A DNA stretch of 64,000 nucleotides from Candidatus Buchananbacteria bacterium (GTDB lineage: Bacteria; Patescibacteriota; Patescibacteriia; 2-01-FULL-39-33), in NCBI GenBank assembly GCA_041666945.1, contig JBAYFY010000002.1, positions 701-64,700 of the forward strand. Direction: 5' to 3'. Numbering within the stretch: position 1 is the stretch's first letter; every line of letters begins with the position of its first letter. Both the position numbers and the translations under genes were made by a program. Shown here one piece after another: positions 44,980-55,079 of this stretch. Under the pieces are notes generated by a model. That model was not told the DNA's origin and made no database searches. It saw only the letters and a program-made list of their open reading frames with translations.

Positions 44980-45739
44980 ATTTTTAGTATTTTTTGATAT
45001 CGATGGCACCCTGCTTGACGACGATCAATTGGATTTGGTTAAATTGCGGAAAAGTATTTCAGTTTGGAAGAAATTTGGCTTAGTTTTCGGTCTAAACACC
45101 AATCGTCCCTGGTCGGAATCCGCCAAGCTTTACGAACAATTATCTTTTAATGGCCCGATTATCGCGGAAAATGGTTCATATTACAAACTTAATAAAACCC
45201 AACCTCAAATTGTTTCAACCGGTATTGATCATAAATTGCCGCAAGAAGTGTTAAAGCGATTAGGAGAATTTAGCGATCGTAAAAAGAACAGTCAAATTAT
45301 AGTCAGTGATGATAAGAGGATTTTACTGGACAAAAAAATAGTTGATCTGCTTTTTATTACGGCCAGCCGACAATATTCGTCTAGTGTTTACGTTAGAAGA
45401 TATGGTAATATTAATCGGCGACAAACTAGAATCATATTTGAAATGTTAAGAAAAAAATTGTCTACTTATAAAGTAGAATTACTCCCGAGGTTTGGTAAAA
45501 TAATCATCGGCAATAAAAAAGTTAATAAATTTTCTACTCTGGACCGATTAAGGAAAAAGTTCTTTAATAAATATAAGGTTTTAATGATTGGCGACGATGA
45601 AACGGCAATTAGACGATATCCGGCCATCGAAATGATTGCCGTTAAACAGGCCTCATCACAGTATAAAAAAAATAGCGACTATGTGGCGAAGCGCGGCGGA
45701 GTGGAGGGGATTAAAGAGATTATCAATAATTATTTATAA
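44924..45739 (+). CDS. HAD-superfamily hydrolase (Cof/IIB-like)
   Basis: FDIDGTL, NTNR, IAENG, NK, IGDD. Confidence 0.82.
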   Translation: MNRRNNGKRPSAPKKDSIKFLVFFDIDGTLLDDDQLDLVKLRKSISVWKKFGLVFGLNTNRPWSESAKLYEQLSFNGPIIAENGSYYKLNKTQPQIVSTGIDHKLPQEVLKRLGEFSDRKKNSQIIVSDDKRILLDKKIVDLLFITASRQYSSSVYVRRYGNINRRQTRIIFEMLRKKLSTYKVELLPRFGKIIIGNKKVNKFSTLDRLRKKFFNKYKVLMIGDDETAIRRYPAIEMIAVKQASSQYKKNSDYVAKRGGVEGIKEIINNYL

Positions 45740-45746
45740 CCATACT

Positions 45747-46328
45747 ATGAAAAAAGAATATCCACCCGGTCAAGAAATTCAAGAAAAAATTCCTAAGAAG
45801 GAAGTCGCTTTCGCCTTTATCAAACCGGATTTTTTTGCCGATCTGCCGACTATAGAAGAAATTATCAGGGATCATGGTTTAGAAATAATTTATCGCGATC
45901 AAATCAGATTGTCGCCCCAAACCGTTGATTTGATTTATCAGGAAGTGAAAAACGAACATTTTTTTGAAGCCATGAAGGATTACCTTATTTCCCATGACGT
46001 TGTTGTTATGTTAGTTGGCGGCGAAGGGGTTGAGGCGCAGAGGGTTTTGTTGAGTCTCAAAAAAGACCAGGGCAAAGACGGAGTAATCCGTGAGCGGCTA
46101 CAAAAACATCCGCAAGTTTCCGGTGAAGAATTAGCTCTCTGGGAAAGCGGCCAGCATCCCCGACAAAATGAATTGTCAGTTGTCTTAACGCAAAAGAATG
46201 TTTTACATACAGCCGATAACGCGGAAGAAGCTTTGGCCGGTTTAAAAGCCATTTTGGGTCCTAAGTTCGAAATATTGCAAAAACGCGGCAATCTGCCGGC
46301 CGAGTTATGGGATATTTTTAATGAATAA
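45747..46328 (+). CDS. nucleoside-diphosphate kinase-like protein
   Basis: FAFIKPD, KNVLHTAD catalytic His. Confidence 0.75.
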   Translation: MKKEYPPGQEIQEKIPKKEVAFAFIKPDFFADLPTIEEIIRDHGLEIIYRDQIRLSPQTVDLIYQEVKNEHFFEAMKDYLISHDVVVMLVGGEGVEAQRVLLSLKKDQGKDGVIRERLQKHPQVSGEELALWESGQHPRQNELSVVLTQKNVLHTADNAEEALAGLKAILGPKFEILQKRGNLPAELWDIFNE

Positions 46329-46339
46329 ATTATAAATTT

Positions 46340-46828
46340 ATGAGTGTTAGCGAAAAATCGACCTTTGCCGGCCGCGAATTGACTTTGACTTGGATAGAAA
46401 CCGGCGTTGTTCCCCAGAATTTAAAAATTTCCCAAGTTAGCGGATACTGTTTAGATAATAATAACCAAGTTCTGATTATAAAAAATGAACATGGCTGGGG
46501 TTTGCCCGGCGGACATCCTGAAGAGGGAGAGAGCGTCGAGCAATCTTTGCGGCGAGAGATTTTAGAAGAAGCCGATGCAACCGTTGGTAGTTTTAAGTTG
46601 TTCGGTTATATTGAAGTTAATGATCCGCAAAATGAATCGATTGAGGGCCGTGATTATGTCCAGCTTAGATTTATTTGCCGCTTGGCAGAGATTAGCGATT
46701 TTAGCGCGGGATTTGAAACCTCGGAACGCGCTTTTGTTTCAATAGCGGACTTGCCGAATTACGTTACTTGGATGGCCGCTTCAGCCACGGGCCGCGCCCA
46801 ATACGAATCTTTTCTTAAAGTCATTTAA
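46340..46828 (+). CDS. NUDIX hydrolase
   Basis: WGLPGGHPEEGESVEQSLRREILEEA. Confidence 0.9.
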   Translation: MSVSEKSTFAGRELTLTWIETGVVPQNLKISQVSGYCLDNNNQVLIIKNEHGWGLPGGHPEEGESVEQSLRREILEEADATVGSFKLFGYIEVNDPQNESIEGRDYVQLRFICRLAEISDFSAGFETSERAFVSIADLPNYVTWMAASATGRAQYESFLKVI

Positions 46829-46837
46829 TCTAAAATT

Positions 46838-47959
46838 ATGAAATTGGCGATTTATCAGCCACGGGCCAGTTATTTTGTGGGCGGGGGAGAAGTGGTGCCT
46901 TTGCAAGAGGCCAGATTTTTAGCTTTGGCCGGCCATCAAATAACACTTGTAACGACGCGAGCGTCGTTTATTAAACCTAGCGAATATTTTTTGCGTTTTG
47001 TCAAAAATAATCCGAAGGTTAAGGTGGAATACATAGTTTTGCCCGCTGAATTGCAGTGGATTTACCGGGAAGTTCCCGGTCAAAGATGGATTCGTTGGGA
47101 TTATGAAAGCATCCATGTCGGTCGTTTGGCTTTTGCTTACTTTTTAAAAAATAAGTTTGATTTATTGTTAGTCCATAATTATCTTGACAGTATCGCCATT
47201 CCTCCTGATCAAAAATCTATTTCCTACTTGCATGGCTACCCGCCGGCGGCTAATTATTTGCACGAACTTTTTGCCGTCGTACCCTCGGCTTTTATTGCTG
47301 ATTCCCTGTTAATTAAAGAAAAATGGCAGGCCTTAGCCGGCCTAACGGGCATTCAAGTGGCCACCAATGGCGTTGATGCTTCATTTTTTAAACCCCAGTA
47401 CAAAAAAACTAAGTACGATGTTCTATATCTTGGTCGGTTGATTAAAACTAAGGGCGTAGCTTACTTAATTGAGGCCATGGCAGAATTGAGAACCCTGCCT
47501 GATTTACGATTGGCTATTGCTGGCAGCGGTCCGGAATTGAGTAATTTGAAGAGCTTAGCCAATAAGCTCGGGATCAAGAAGCGAATAAGTTTTCTTGGTT
47601 ATATTAAGGACGAGGATTTGCCAGAATTGTATAATTCTTCAGCAATTTGCGTTTTTCCTTCCTATGATCGCGAAGGGATCCTAACCGTTATGTTAGAAGC
47701 GGCGGCTTGCGGCCGGCCGATAATTACCACTTCGGCTTGCAGTATGTCGGAATTTTTGCGCAATGGTTATAATGGTTTATTGGTTAAACCGCAAAGCGTT
47801 TCAGCTATCGCCCAGGCGATTAAAAAATTATATTGCCAGCCGGTTGTAGCTGAAAAGTTAGGGCGGCAAGCCAGGAAATCCATAAAACAACAATGGAGTT
47901 GGGAAAAGAAAATTAAAAAAATGGAAAAAATTTATGCTCAAGTCGTCTCTCGTCATTAA
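46838..47959 (+). CDS. glycosyltransferase family 4
   Basis: GGGE, NGVD, GRLIKTKG, EGILTVMLEAAACG. Confidence 0.9.
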   Translation: MKLAIYQPRASYFVGGGEVVPLQEARFLALAGHQITLVTTRASFIKPSEYFLRFVKNNPKVKVEYIVLPAELQWIYREVPGQRWIRWDYESIHVGRLAFAYFLKNKFDLLLVHNYLDSIAIPPDQKSISYLHGYPPAANYLHELFAVVPSAFIADSLLIKEKWQALAGLTGIQVATNGVDASFFKPQYKKTKYDVLYLGRLIKTKGVAYLIEAMAELRTLPDLRLAIAGSGPELSNLKSLANKLGIKKRISFLGYIKDEDLPELYNSSAICVFPSYDREGILTVMLEAAACGRPIITTSACSMSEFLRNGYNGLLVKPQSVSAIAQAIKKLYCQPVVAEKLGRQARKSIKQQWSWEKKIKKMEKIYAQVVSRH

Positions 47960-48791
47960 ATCAGCCGGAGCTGCGATAGAAATCAGCAGTCAGAATAAAA
48001 AGGATATCGTCAAATTGAAAAAGTCAACATTCTTAAAACGTTATATTCCCGATGGCCAGATAGTAACGGATATGGTAATGGATCAAAAAAAAGTCGATTG
48101 CCGATTAGTATTGCATGGCGGATCAGAAAAATTAAAACTTAACTATCCTCAAGCCGATTATTATACTAAAAAGTATAATGAGAAGGATATCGTTTCTTTG
48201 GCCGAATATTTATTGGAGCGAGCTCGTCAAGAAAGAGGAATTTTTTGCGTTCACGGTTCCGCCTGTGTGGTTAATGATCAGGCGATTATTTTTTGGGGCG
48301 GCGCCAGCGGTATGGGTAAAACCTCGCTTAGTCATGATTTGGGCCGTAAACAATGGGCCAAGTGGTATGGCGATGAAAAAATATTAATTGACTTACGCAG
48401 GAAAACTGTTTGCGGTCGTGTGGCGACAGCTTATATTAAAAATGGCCAAAAAAATATCTATCAATCCATAATCGGCAATTTTTCTCCGTCAATCCCCATA
48501 GCTTTTTTTGTTTATCCATTTCTGTTTAAAAACAGTAACGATCGTTTAACCTGGGTGAGGTGGCCGAAAGAAAAATTTTATTGGCATCTATTTGAGGAAC
48601 TGAACAGGAAAATCAGAGCCACTTCACGCCGGTTATTCAATAATCAAGAACCGATTATGCCCATAGACACCATTGAGTTGGCTAGAAGACGCAATGTTTT
48701 AATACGCGGCTTAATTAAAACTATTCCCTGTTATTATACTGTTGGCAATAGTCATCTGATTTGTGGTAAAATAAAATCATTAATTAAATAA
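47934..48791 (+). CDS. HPr-kinase-like P-loop protein
   Basis: VHGSAC...GGASGMGKTS...GDE. Confidence 0.65.
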   Translation: MLKSSLVIKSAGAAIEISSQNKKDIVKLKKSTFLKRYIPDGQIVTDMVMDQKKVDCRLVLHGGSEKLKLNYPQADYYTKKYNEKDIVSLAEYLLERARQERGIFCVHGSACVVNDQAIIFWGGASGMGKTSLSHDLGRKQWAKWYGDEKILIDLRRKTVCGRVATAYIKNGQKNIYQSIIGNFSPSIPIAFFVYPFLFKNSNDRLTWVRWPKEKFYWHLFEELNRKIRATSRRLFNNQEPIMPIDTIELARRRNVLIRGLIKTIPCYYTVGNSHLICGKIKSLIK

Positions 48792-48801
48792 CGATAAACA
48801 C

Positions 48802-51627
48802 ATGAAGGGGGATATATTAAGGAGGGGAAAAATTCTGCTGCCGCTGGTGGCGGGATTTTTTATTTGTTTTGTTTTTATCAGCGTTTGGTCGGCGGTTCCG
48901 GCGCAAGCGGCTACGATCATTAACCACCCGGATGACTCGGCTATTGCCACCGATACCGTTTGGCATGACGGCGAAATCCACGTCATAGCAGATTACGCGA
49001 CTTTTTGGGTTAATCCGAACGCCAAACTGACCATTGAGCCGGGGACGGTGGTAAAAGTCGGTTATAATTCAATTATCAGAGTTGATGGCGATTTAATCGT
49101 CAACGGTACGGCCGATAAATTAGTGAAAATCGTTTCTTTGCGCGATGATACTGTCGCCGGCGATACCAACGGCGACGGCCCGGCAACCGTTGCCAATTTG
49201 AATGACTGGCGGGGGATTATGCTGGAAGCCAACCGTTACAATTCCATAGTTAATGCGGAATTCAGCTATGCGGTCATTAAGCATGGCGGCCGGGGTTATC
49301 CCAGGGGTTTTATTATTTATACAAGTAAAGTTGCTTCATTGAAGATTGATCATTGTAATATTATTGATAATAGCGGGATTATATTTATTGACGCTCTCTC
49401 TAAAAATGTCAGTATTAACAATTCTAATTTGTATAGTCCCGATTTTTGCGATTACAGCGACAGCGGTAACTTATGTCATTACGATAACGGCTTTAAAACT
49501 TTTTCCTCGCAGACCATTGATTTAAGAAATAATTATTGGGGTTCGCCAACCGGGCCGACTTATGGTACCACTACCGAACCGACAGTTTTTACCGGAGCAG
49601 TTTTAGACAATCCGGTTAACGGCAATGTAATTTATCAGCCGTTTGCCACTCGGCCGTTTGAGTTCGGCGTTAAGAAGCCGAATCCGGTGATACTGATACC
49701 CGGCATCCTCGGCAGTTGGAATGTTTCCGGCCAATGGCAGGTGGATCCGATTTTGCACACCTACGATGATTTATGGAGCGCGTTTAAGGCCGCCGGTTAT
49801 GAAGAAGGCAAAACCCTGTTTGCTTTGCCGTATGAGTGGCGGCATTCCAATTTGGACACCATGACCCATCTGCGCGACAAGATTAATGAAGTTAAAGCGA
49901 TTTGCCAATGCGAACAAGTGGATTTAGTCGGCCATTCCATGGGCGGATTAGTGGCTCGCGCTTATATTGAAGGGCCTTTTTATAATAATGATGTGGATAA
50001 AACAGTGTTTTTAGCCACCCCGCATCGCGGCGCCACTGAAGCATATTTGATGTGGGAAGGGGGAAGCGTTGGGACTGATTTGTGGAAACAATTAGAACAA
50101 AAAATATTTACTATTGAAGCTAAATTTAATGGTTATAGCTATATTTCTCAATATTTGAAAAATTATCCAATTTTATCAGTTAAGGAACTATTACCGGTTT
50201 ATGATTATTTGCGTGATAAGGATAGCGGGCAATTAAGAAGCTACCCCGACGATTATCCGCGCAATGAATTTTTGGAATCATTAAATTCGCCGGCAAACCT
50301 GGAAAAACTGAACGCCGTTAAAATTTTTAATTTTATTGGTAACGCCGGTAATAATGATACCATTGATATTTTGCGCGTCGTTTCCAGTTCTAATGCTTTT
50401 AATGAGTGGCTGTACGGCTATCCGGAAAATTATGATTCTTTTTTTGGTGATCATGGCCTGGAATATAACGCCGGCGATACGACCGTACCGCAAAGAAGCA
50501 ATATTGATTTCGCTACCGCTGAAAATATTTTTATCAACAGTAATCATGGTCGTATTGTTACTGACGCGCAAAAAGCCGTGATTAAAAGTTTGACCGGCGT
50601 GGAACCGACGCAAGAAATCAGGCAGAATTCAGTGCAAAAGATACTTATGGTCAGAATATTTTCGCCGGCGAATTTTATAATTACTGCCCCGGACGGCAAG
50701 CGATTGGGTTATGACGCTCAAACCAATCAGGATATTTCAGAAATCCCGGGCGCTTATTATTCCAGTAACGGCAACGGGCCGGAATACGCCATTATTCCCG
50801 AGCCCTTGGCTGGCGATTATAAGATTGGATTATTAGGTACGGGTAACGGCGAATACAGATTAAGCGCCAGTTCCATCAGCGACGGCTTAACTGTGGATAA
50901 TGATTTTAGTGGCCAAATTGTTGCCGGACAAAACAGGGATTTTGTCGTCAATTATTCGGATGCCGGCGAGCTTGGCGGACTTAAGCCCCAAGATAATATC
51001 CCGCCGGTTATAACCATTATCAGCCCCAAAGCCGGTTCCGCTTATCTCCGCCGGAGCAAACTCAACCTGGACTATTCCGTAACCGATGATTTTTCCGGCG
51101 TCAGCTCAACTGCAGTTGCCATTGACGGCCGATTAATCGGCGCTACCACCACCGTTGATTTGTCGGTTTACGCGGCCGGCTGTCATTTGTTAAGCATTAC
51201 GGCATTGGATTCGGCCGGCAATGAATCTGCCGCCACGACAACTTTTATTGCGTCAGCATCTATTGCCTCCGCTCTGGCCGATATCAATGACTATTATCGT
51301 CAAGGATTAATCAGCAAAAAAGACAAAAACTTGCTTGCCAATTCCCTGGAACTGTTGCAGTTAAAGTTAAAAATTAACGACCTAACCATGTCTTTAGCAA
51401 AGAAAGCCCGCGATTCAGTTGTTGCTAACGTTAAGCTTAAGCCGGAAATAAAAGAGAAACTTTTAGCCAAAGCCGACGAGGTTATAGAAAAAATGAAGTC
51501 AGACCGGCAGAAAACAATTACCGCGCAATTGGATTTGTTTGATAGGCGATTGGATGATGTGGTGATTGCCGGGCAAGTTTATGATATACTTAAGTCAGAC
51601 AGTGTTTATTTAAGGAATAATCTATAA
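48802..51627 (+). CDS. large secreted protein: beta-helix-like N-terminus, LCAT/PGAP1-like lipase, Ig-like domains
   Basis: signal peptide; LTIEPGTVVK, NNYWG; PVILIPGILGS, YEWR, GHSMGG, ATPHRG, GDTTVP; PPVITI.SP. Confidence 0.8.
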   Translation: MKGDILRRGKILLPLVAGFFICFVFISVWSAVPAQAATIINHPDDSAIATDTVWHDGEIHVIADYATFWVNPNAKLTIEPGTVVKVGYNSIIRVDGDLIVNGTADKLVKIVSLRDDTVAGDTNGDGPATVANLNDWRGIMLEANRYNSIVNAEFSYAVIKHGGRGYPRGFIIYTSKVASLKIDHCNIIDNSGIIFIDALSKNVSINNSNLYSPDFCDYSDSGNLCHYDNGFKTFSSQTIDLRNNYWGSPTGPTYGTTTEPTVFTGAVLDNPVNGNVIYQPFATRPFEFGVKKPNPVILIPGILGSWNVSGQWQVDPILHTYDDLWSAFKAAGYEEGKTLFALPYEWRHSNLDTMTHLRDKINEVKAICQCEQVDLVGHSMGGLVARAYIEGPFYNNDVDKTVFLATPHRGATEAYLMWEGGSVGTDLWKQLEQKIFTIEAKFNGYSYISQYLKNYPILSVKELLPVYDYLRDKDSGQLRSYPDDYPRNEFLESLNSPANLEKLNAVKIFNFIGNAGNNDTIDILRVVSSSNAFNEWLYGYPENYDSFFGDHGLEYNAGDTTVPQRSNIDFATAENIFINSNHGRIVTDAQKAVIKSLTGVEPTQEIRQNSVQKILMVRIFSPANFIITAPDGKRLGYDAQTNQDISEIPGAYYSSNGNGPEYAIIPEPLAGDYKIGLLGTGNGEYRLSASSISDGLTVDNDFSGQIVAGQNRDFVVNYSDAGELGGLKPQDNIPPVITIISPKAGSAYLRRSKLNLDYSVTDDFSGVSSTAVAIDGRLIGATTTVDLSVYAAGCHLLSITALDSAGNESAATTTFIASASIASALADINDYYRQGLISKKDKNLLANSLELLQLKLKINDLTMSLAKKARDSVVANVKLKPEIKEKLLAKADEVIEKMKSDRQKTITAQLDLFDRRLDDVVIAGQVYDILKSDSVYLRNNL

Positions 51628-51631
51628 AAGT

Positions 51632-52003
51632 ATGATTAATAAGAATAAGAATTGGTTATTGATTTTGTGTACAATTATATTAATAATAATTTTTACTCCG
51701 ATTTTTGGATGGTTTTTTAAGGAGTATTTAGGGCCATACTCAGTTGGTTTTTGGGGGCCACAACATCCTGAATATTTAGATGGGTTTTTTGCAGCTATAG
51801 CTTTTTTTATACCATTATTATTTGTTGTCATGGGTACAAAAAATAAATATAAGATTATTATTTTTTTAGAAATTATTATTTTAATTATTTTATTGTTTTT
51901 GAAATCAGGAAAGAATTTTGTAGTTAGTTTAATCGCTGCTATTTTGGGTTGGCTTATTGGTGAAGGCATTTTGCGTCTATATCAATTAGCAAAAAAGAGA
52001 TAG
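51632..52003 (+). CDS. small multi-TM membrane protein
   Basis: 123 aa, about 4 TM helices, AT-rich, 4 nt after the lipase stop. Confidence 0.7.
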   Translation: MINKNKNWLLILCTIILIIIFTPIFGWFFKEYLGPYSVGFWGPQHPEYLDGFFAAIAFFIPLLFVVMGTKNKYKIIIFLEIIILIILLFLKSGKNFVVSLIAAILGWLIGEGILRLYQLAKKR

Positions 52004-52150
52004 TTTGTGACAACAGCCGATTTGTCGCCAAGTCGCCGCTTATGGGCATTTTACCCGGCCGGAATTCAGCTGGGAGAAATAAGGCGCCAAATGGCTGTTT
52101 ATTGCAATTGATCGTTTTATGCTATAATTACAGTATAAATTTGTAATTAT

Positions 52151-52813
52151 ATGAAAAAAAATCTAATTTTTGTTCTGGTGGCGGCCGGACTTCTTATGGC
52201 TGTTTCGGTCAGCGCGCATCAGCCGCGTTCAGCTTACCGGATGACGGCGACTAAGGATTCGCCGATTGCGATCGCTAACGCCGATGTATCGCAGGCATTC
52301 TACGGCCGGCTCAAAGGCGGGATTGATTATTATGATTTGAAATTGGACGCGCCGCTGGATTTTTATTTTCAAGTGTTAATACCCGATATTGTTGATGCTC
52401 CCACCGGGTTTTTGGCGCAACTGAATGACTCTGCCGGCAAGCCGTTGGCAGTGTTAAACACCATGGGTTATCCGTTGCAGAAATTCCACGAAGATTTTGC
52501 CGGTGACGATTATTTGCAAGGACCGGAAAGGAAAATCAGTTTGCCGGCCGGCGATTATCGCGTTTTGGTTTCCAGTCCGGATAATCTCGGCAAATATGTG
52601 TTGGTAGTAGGGGAAAAGGAGTCGTTTCCTTTGGGTGAGTCATTAAAAACCTTATGGCTTCTGCCCGGACTGAAAGGATTTTTTAATAAACCGCTTTGGG
52701 CGGTTTACGAGGGGCGCATCGGCGCCGGTCTGCTTGTCGCCACCCTGATTATTTTGGCGGTAATTTTGTTAATCGTCGGTTTTGTGATATTTGAAAGACG
52801 CCGGAAAAAATAA
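52151..52813 (+). CDS. secreted, C-terminally anchored hypothetical protein
   Basis: signal peptide ending AHQP, SQAFYG, GKYVLVVGEKESF, C-terminal TM plus RRKK. Confidence 0.75.
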   Translation: MKKNLIFVLVAAGLLMAVSVSAHQPRSAYRMTATKDSPIAIANADVSQAFYGRLKGGIDYYDLKLDAPLDFYFQVLIPDIVDAPTGFLAQLNDSAGKPLAVLNTMGYPLQKFHEDFAGDDYLQGPERKISLPAGDYRVLVSSPDNLGKYVLVVGEKESFPLGESLKTLWLLPGLKGFFNKPLWAVYEGRIGAGLLVATLIILAVILLIVGFVIFERRRKK

Positions 52814-52904
52814 TATTTTATTTTTTAACTCCGATCCTGGCGGTCGGAGTTTTTTTAAATATTATTGCCAAAATAGCGGATTTTTGTTAGAATTTAATCC
52901 AGTT

Positions 52905-53615
52905 ATGGCTAATTATAAATTGCGACAATTGCAACGCGACTTGCGCCGTTTGGCCGATCCGGCCAAAGCCGCCATTCTGATGCGGTTTTTTAAGACCGGC
53001 AAAGGGCAGTATGGCGAAGGTGATAAATTTTTAGGCGTGGTGGTGCCGGCGCAAAGGCAAGTGGCTAAAAAATACAGCCAATTATCTTTGGTTGAGACGG
53101 AGAAATTATTGCACAGCAAGATTCACGAAGAACGCCTGACCGCCTTGATTATTTTGAGCAATCAATTCAAGCGCGGCGACAATAGAAGCCAAGGGCGGAT
53201 TTTCAAGCTTTACCTTAGAAACACTCATTACATCAATAATTGGGATTTGGTTGATTTAAGCGCGCCCAATATCGTCGGCGCTTGGCTTTATCAGCGCGAT
53301 CGTCGGGTTTTATACCGTTTAGCCGGATCCAAGTCGCTTTGGGAAAGACGCATCGCCGTATTGGCCGCTTTTCACTTTATCCGCCAGGGCGATTGCGCCG
53401 ACGCTGTCAAAATCATTGAAATTCTTTTGCCCGATGAACATGATTTGATACATAAGGCCGCGGGCTGGATGTTAAGAGAAATCGGCAAACATTGCGGCGA
53501 GAATAAATTAAAAAGTTTTCTCAATAAATATTCGGCGCAGATGCCGCGTACCATGTTGCGTTATGCCATTGAGCGGCTGCCGGCAGGGGAGCGCAAGAAA
53601 TATTTATCTAAATAA
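52905..53615 (+). CDS. DNA alkylation repair protein (AlkD-like)
   Basis: FFKTGKGQYGEGDKFLGV, NNWDLVD, WERR, KAAGWMLRE, RTMLRYAIE. Confidence 0.9.
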   Translation: MANYKLRQLQRDLRRLADPAKAAILMRFFKTGKGQYGEGDKFLGVVVPAQRQVAKKYSQLSLVETEKLLHSKIHEERLTALIILSNQFKRGDNRSQGRIFKLYLRNTHYINNWDLVDLSAPNIVGAWLYQRDRRVLYRLAGSKSLWERRIAVLAAFHFIRQGDCADAVKIIEILLPDEHDLIHKAAGWMLREIGKHCGENKLKSFLNKYSAQMPRTMLRYAIERLPAGERKKYLSK

Positions 53616-53628
53616 ATAAATTTGAAAT

Positions 53629-54330
53629 ATGAAGATAAAAGCGTCGTTGCATTTGCATGCCAAAGAAGACATCAGGGATTGCAAGCTGATTGATTATACG
53701 ATTAAAGATTTGATTGATCGTGCCGCAGTTTTAAATTTCAAAGTTTTGGCCATTACCTGCCATGAGAAAATGGTTTGCAATTCGGAAATGGTAGCTTATG
53801 CCAAAAGCCGGGGCATCTTGCTGATTCCGGGCGTGGAGATTCGTTTGAATCGCAAAGACCTGTTAATCCTGAATTGCGACGTTACGGCCGAGCAAATAAC
53901 CGATTTTGCCTTGTTGGATAAATGGCGCCAAAAGCACCCCGAGTCGTTTATTATCGTGCCTCATCCCAACCACGGAATGATGGTATCTTTGGGTTTGAAC
54001 AAGTTGCGCCGTCATCGCGATCTTTTTGACGCGGTGGAGCACAGTTGGTTTTATAGCAAGCAGTTTGATCCTAACAGGAAAGTCAGCCGAATTTGCGTTG
54101 CTTTGAATAAGCCGTTTGTCGCTACTTCCGATCTGCACCAGTTGAAATATTTGGATTTGGATTATGCCGTTTTGGAATTAGCCGATTTAACGCCGTCAGC
54201 CGTTTTTGCCGCCATAAGAGAAGGAAAATTCCAAAATGTCAGTCAGCCCAAAAGTATATTGGAATTGGCAATTTTTTATATTTGGATGTCAACCAAAAAT
54301 TTTATCGCGTTGTTTACTCCCGACGAATAA
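53629..54330 (+). CDS. PHP-domain protein
   Basis: LHLH, ITCHE, PGVE, PHP, TSDLH. Confidence 0.85.
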   Translation: MKIKASLHLHAKEDIRDCKLIDYTIKDLIDRAAVLNFKVLAITCHEKMVCNSEMVAYAKSRGILLIPGVEIRLNRKDLLILNCDVTAEQITDFALLDKWRQKHPESFIIVPHPNHGMMVSLGLNKLRRHRDLFDAVEHSWFYSKQFDPNRKVSRICVALNKPFVATSDLHQLKYLDLDYAVLELADLTPSAVFAAIREGKFQNVSQPKSILELAIFYIWMSTKNFIALFTPDE

Positions 54331-54539
54331 ACGCAGTTTAAGGAAAAGTAAAACTGGCTCCAGCGATTATACTGTGGCATCAATTTAATCTTTTATTCTA
54401 AAATTAGACAAAATTTAGAATAAATTTTTTATTTACTTGACTTTTTTTGTGTAATATGCTAAACTGATAGCTCGTTCTTTTGATGTTGTTTCAGTAAGAA
54501 GCTTTAAAAAAGACCGCAAGGTCAAAGGAGGCGGAGTTA

Positions 54540-54974
54540 ATGAATGATCGCAGGAATGTCAATATAATCCATTTACGGTACTTGGTGATAGAGACGATCA
54601 ATATTGCATTGCGCGGAGCTAAAATTATTGATCGCGAATTATTACTTAGAATGTATGGCATGATTGTCGATGAAGATTTTCCGGCTAAACTGCTATTAAT
54701 TGAAGCTCAAGAAAATTTTTTTCGGGTTAAGATCGGACAATTTTTTGAAATTCAGTTTATGGATTATAACAACTGGGTGTCGGTGTATATCATTAATAGC
54801 CGGCGTGATCGTAATACTGACTATGACGGGTTTCATTTCGGTCAGATCACATCCAAGTCCCTAATGGTTGTGGCTCAATTCTTGATCCAATACGCCCATG
54901 ATATTGATTCCAAGGCGCGTTGTGAAAAGGCCTGGCGGCAAAATCTTGCGGCTATGGGCATCAGTATTAATTAG
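54540..54974 (+). CDS. orphan hypothetical protein (SD-led cassette)
   Basis: TTGACT-17-TAAACT (54437-54465), GTTCTTTTGA (54474), hairpin GACC-GCAA-GGTC, SD AAAGGAGG, terminator at 54985-55017. Confidence 0.72.
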   Translation: MNDRRNVNIIHLRYLVIETINIALRGAKIIDRELLLRMYGMIVDEDFPAKLLLIEAQENFFRVKIGQFFEIQFMDYNNWVSVYIINSRRDRNTDYDGFHFGQITSKSLMVVAQFLIQYAHDIDSKARCEKAWRQNLAAMGISIN

Positions 54975-55079
54975 CTGTTCTTTAAGTCGTTTTGGTTGCT
55001 ACCGAACGACTTTTTTTGTGACAAAAATCCGCAATTTAAAAAGGAAGCCGTAATCGGCTTCCCTTACTAAGGTGCTTGA

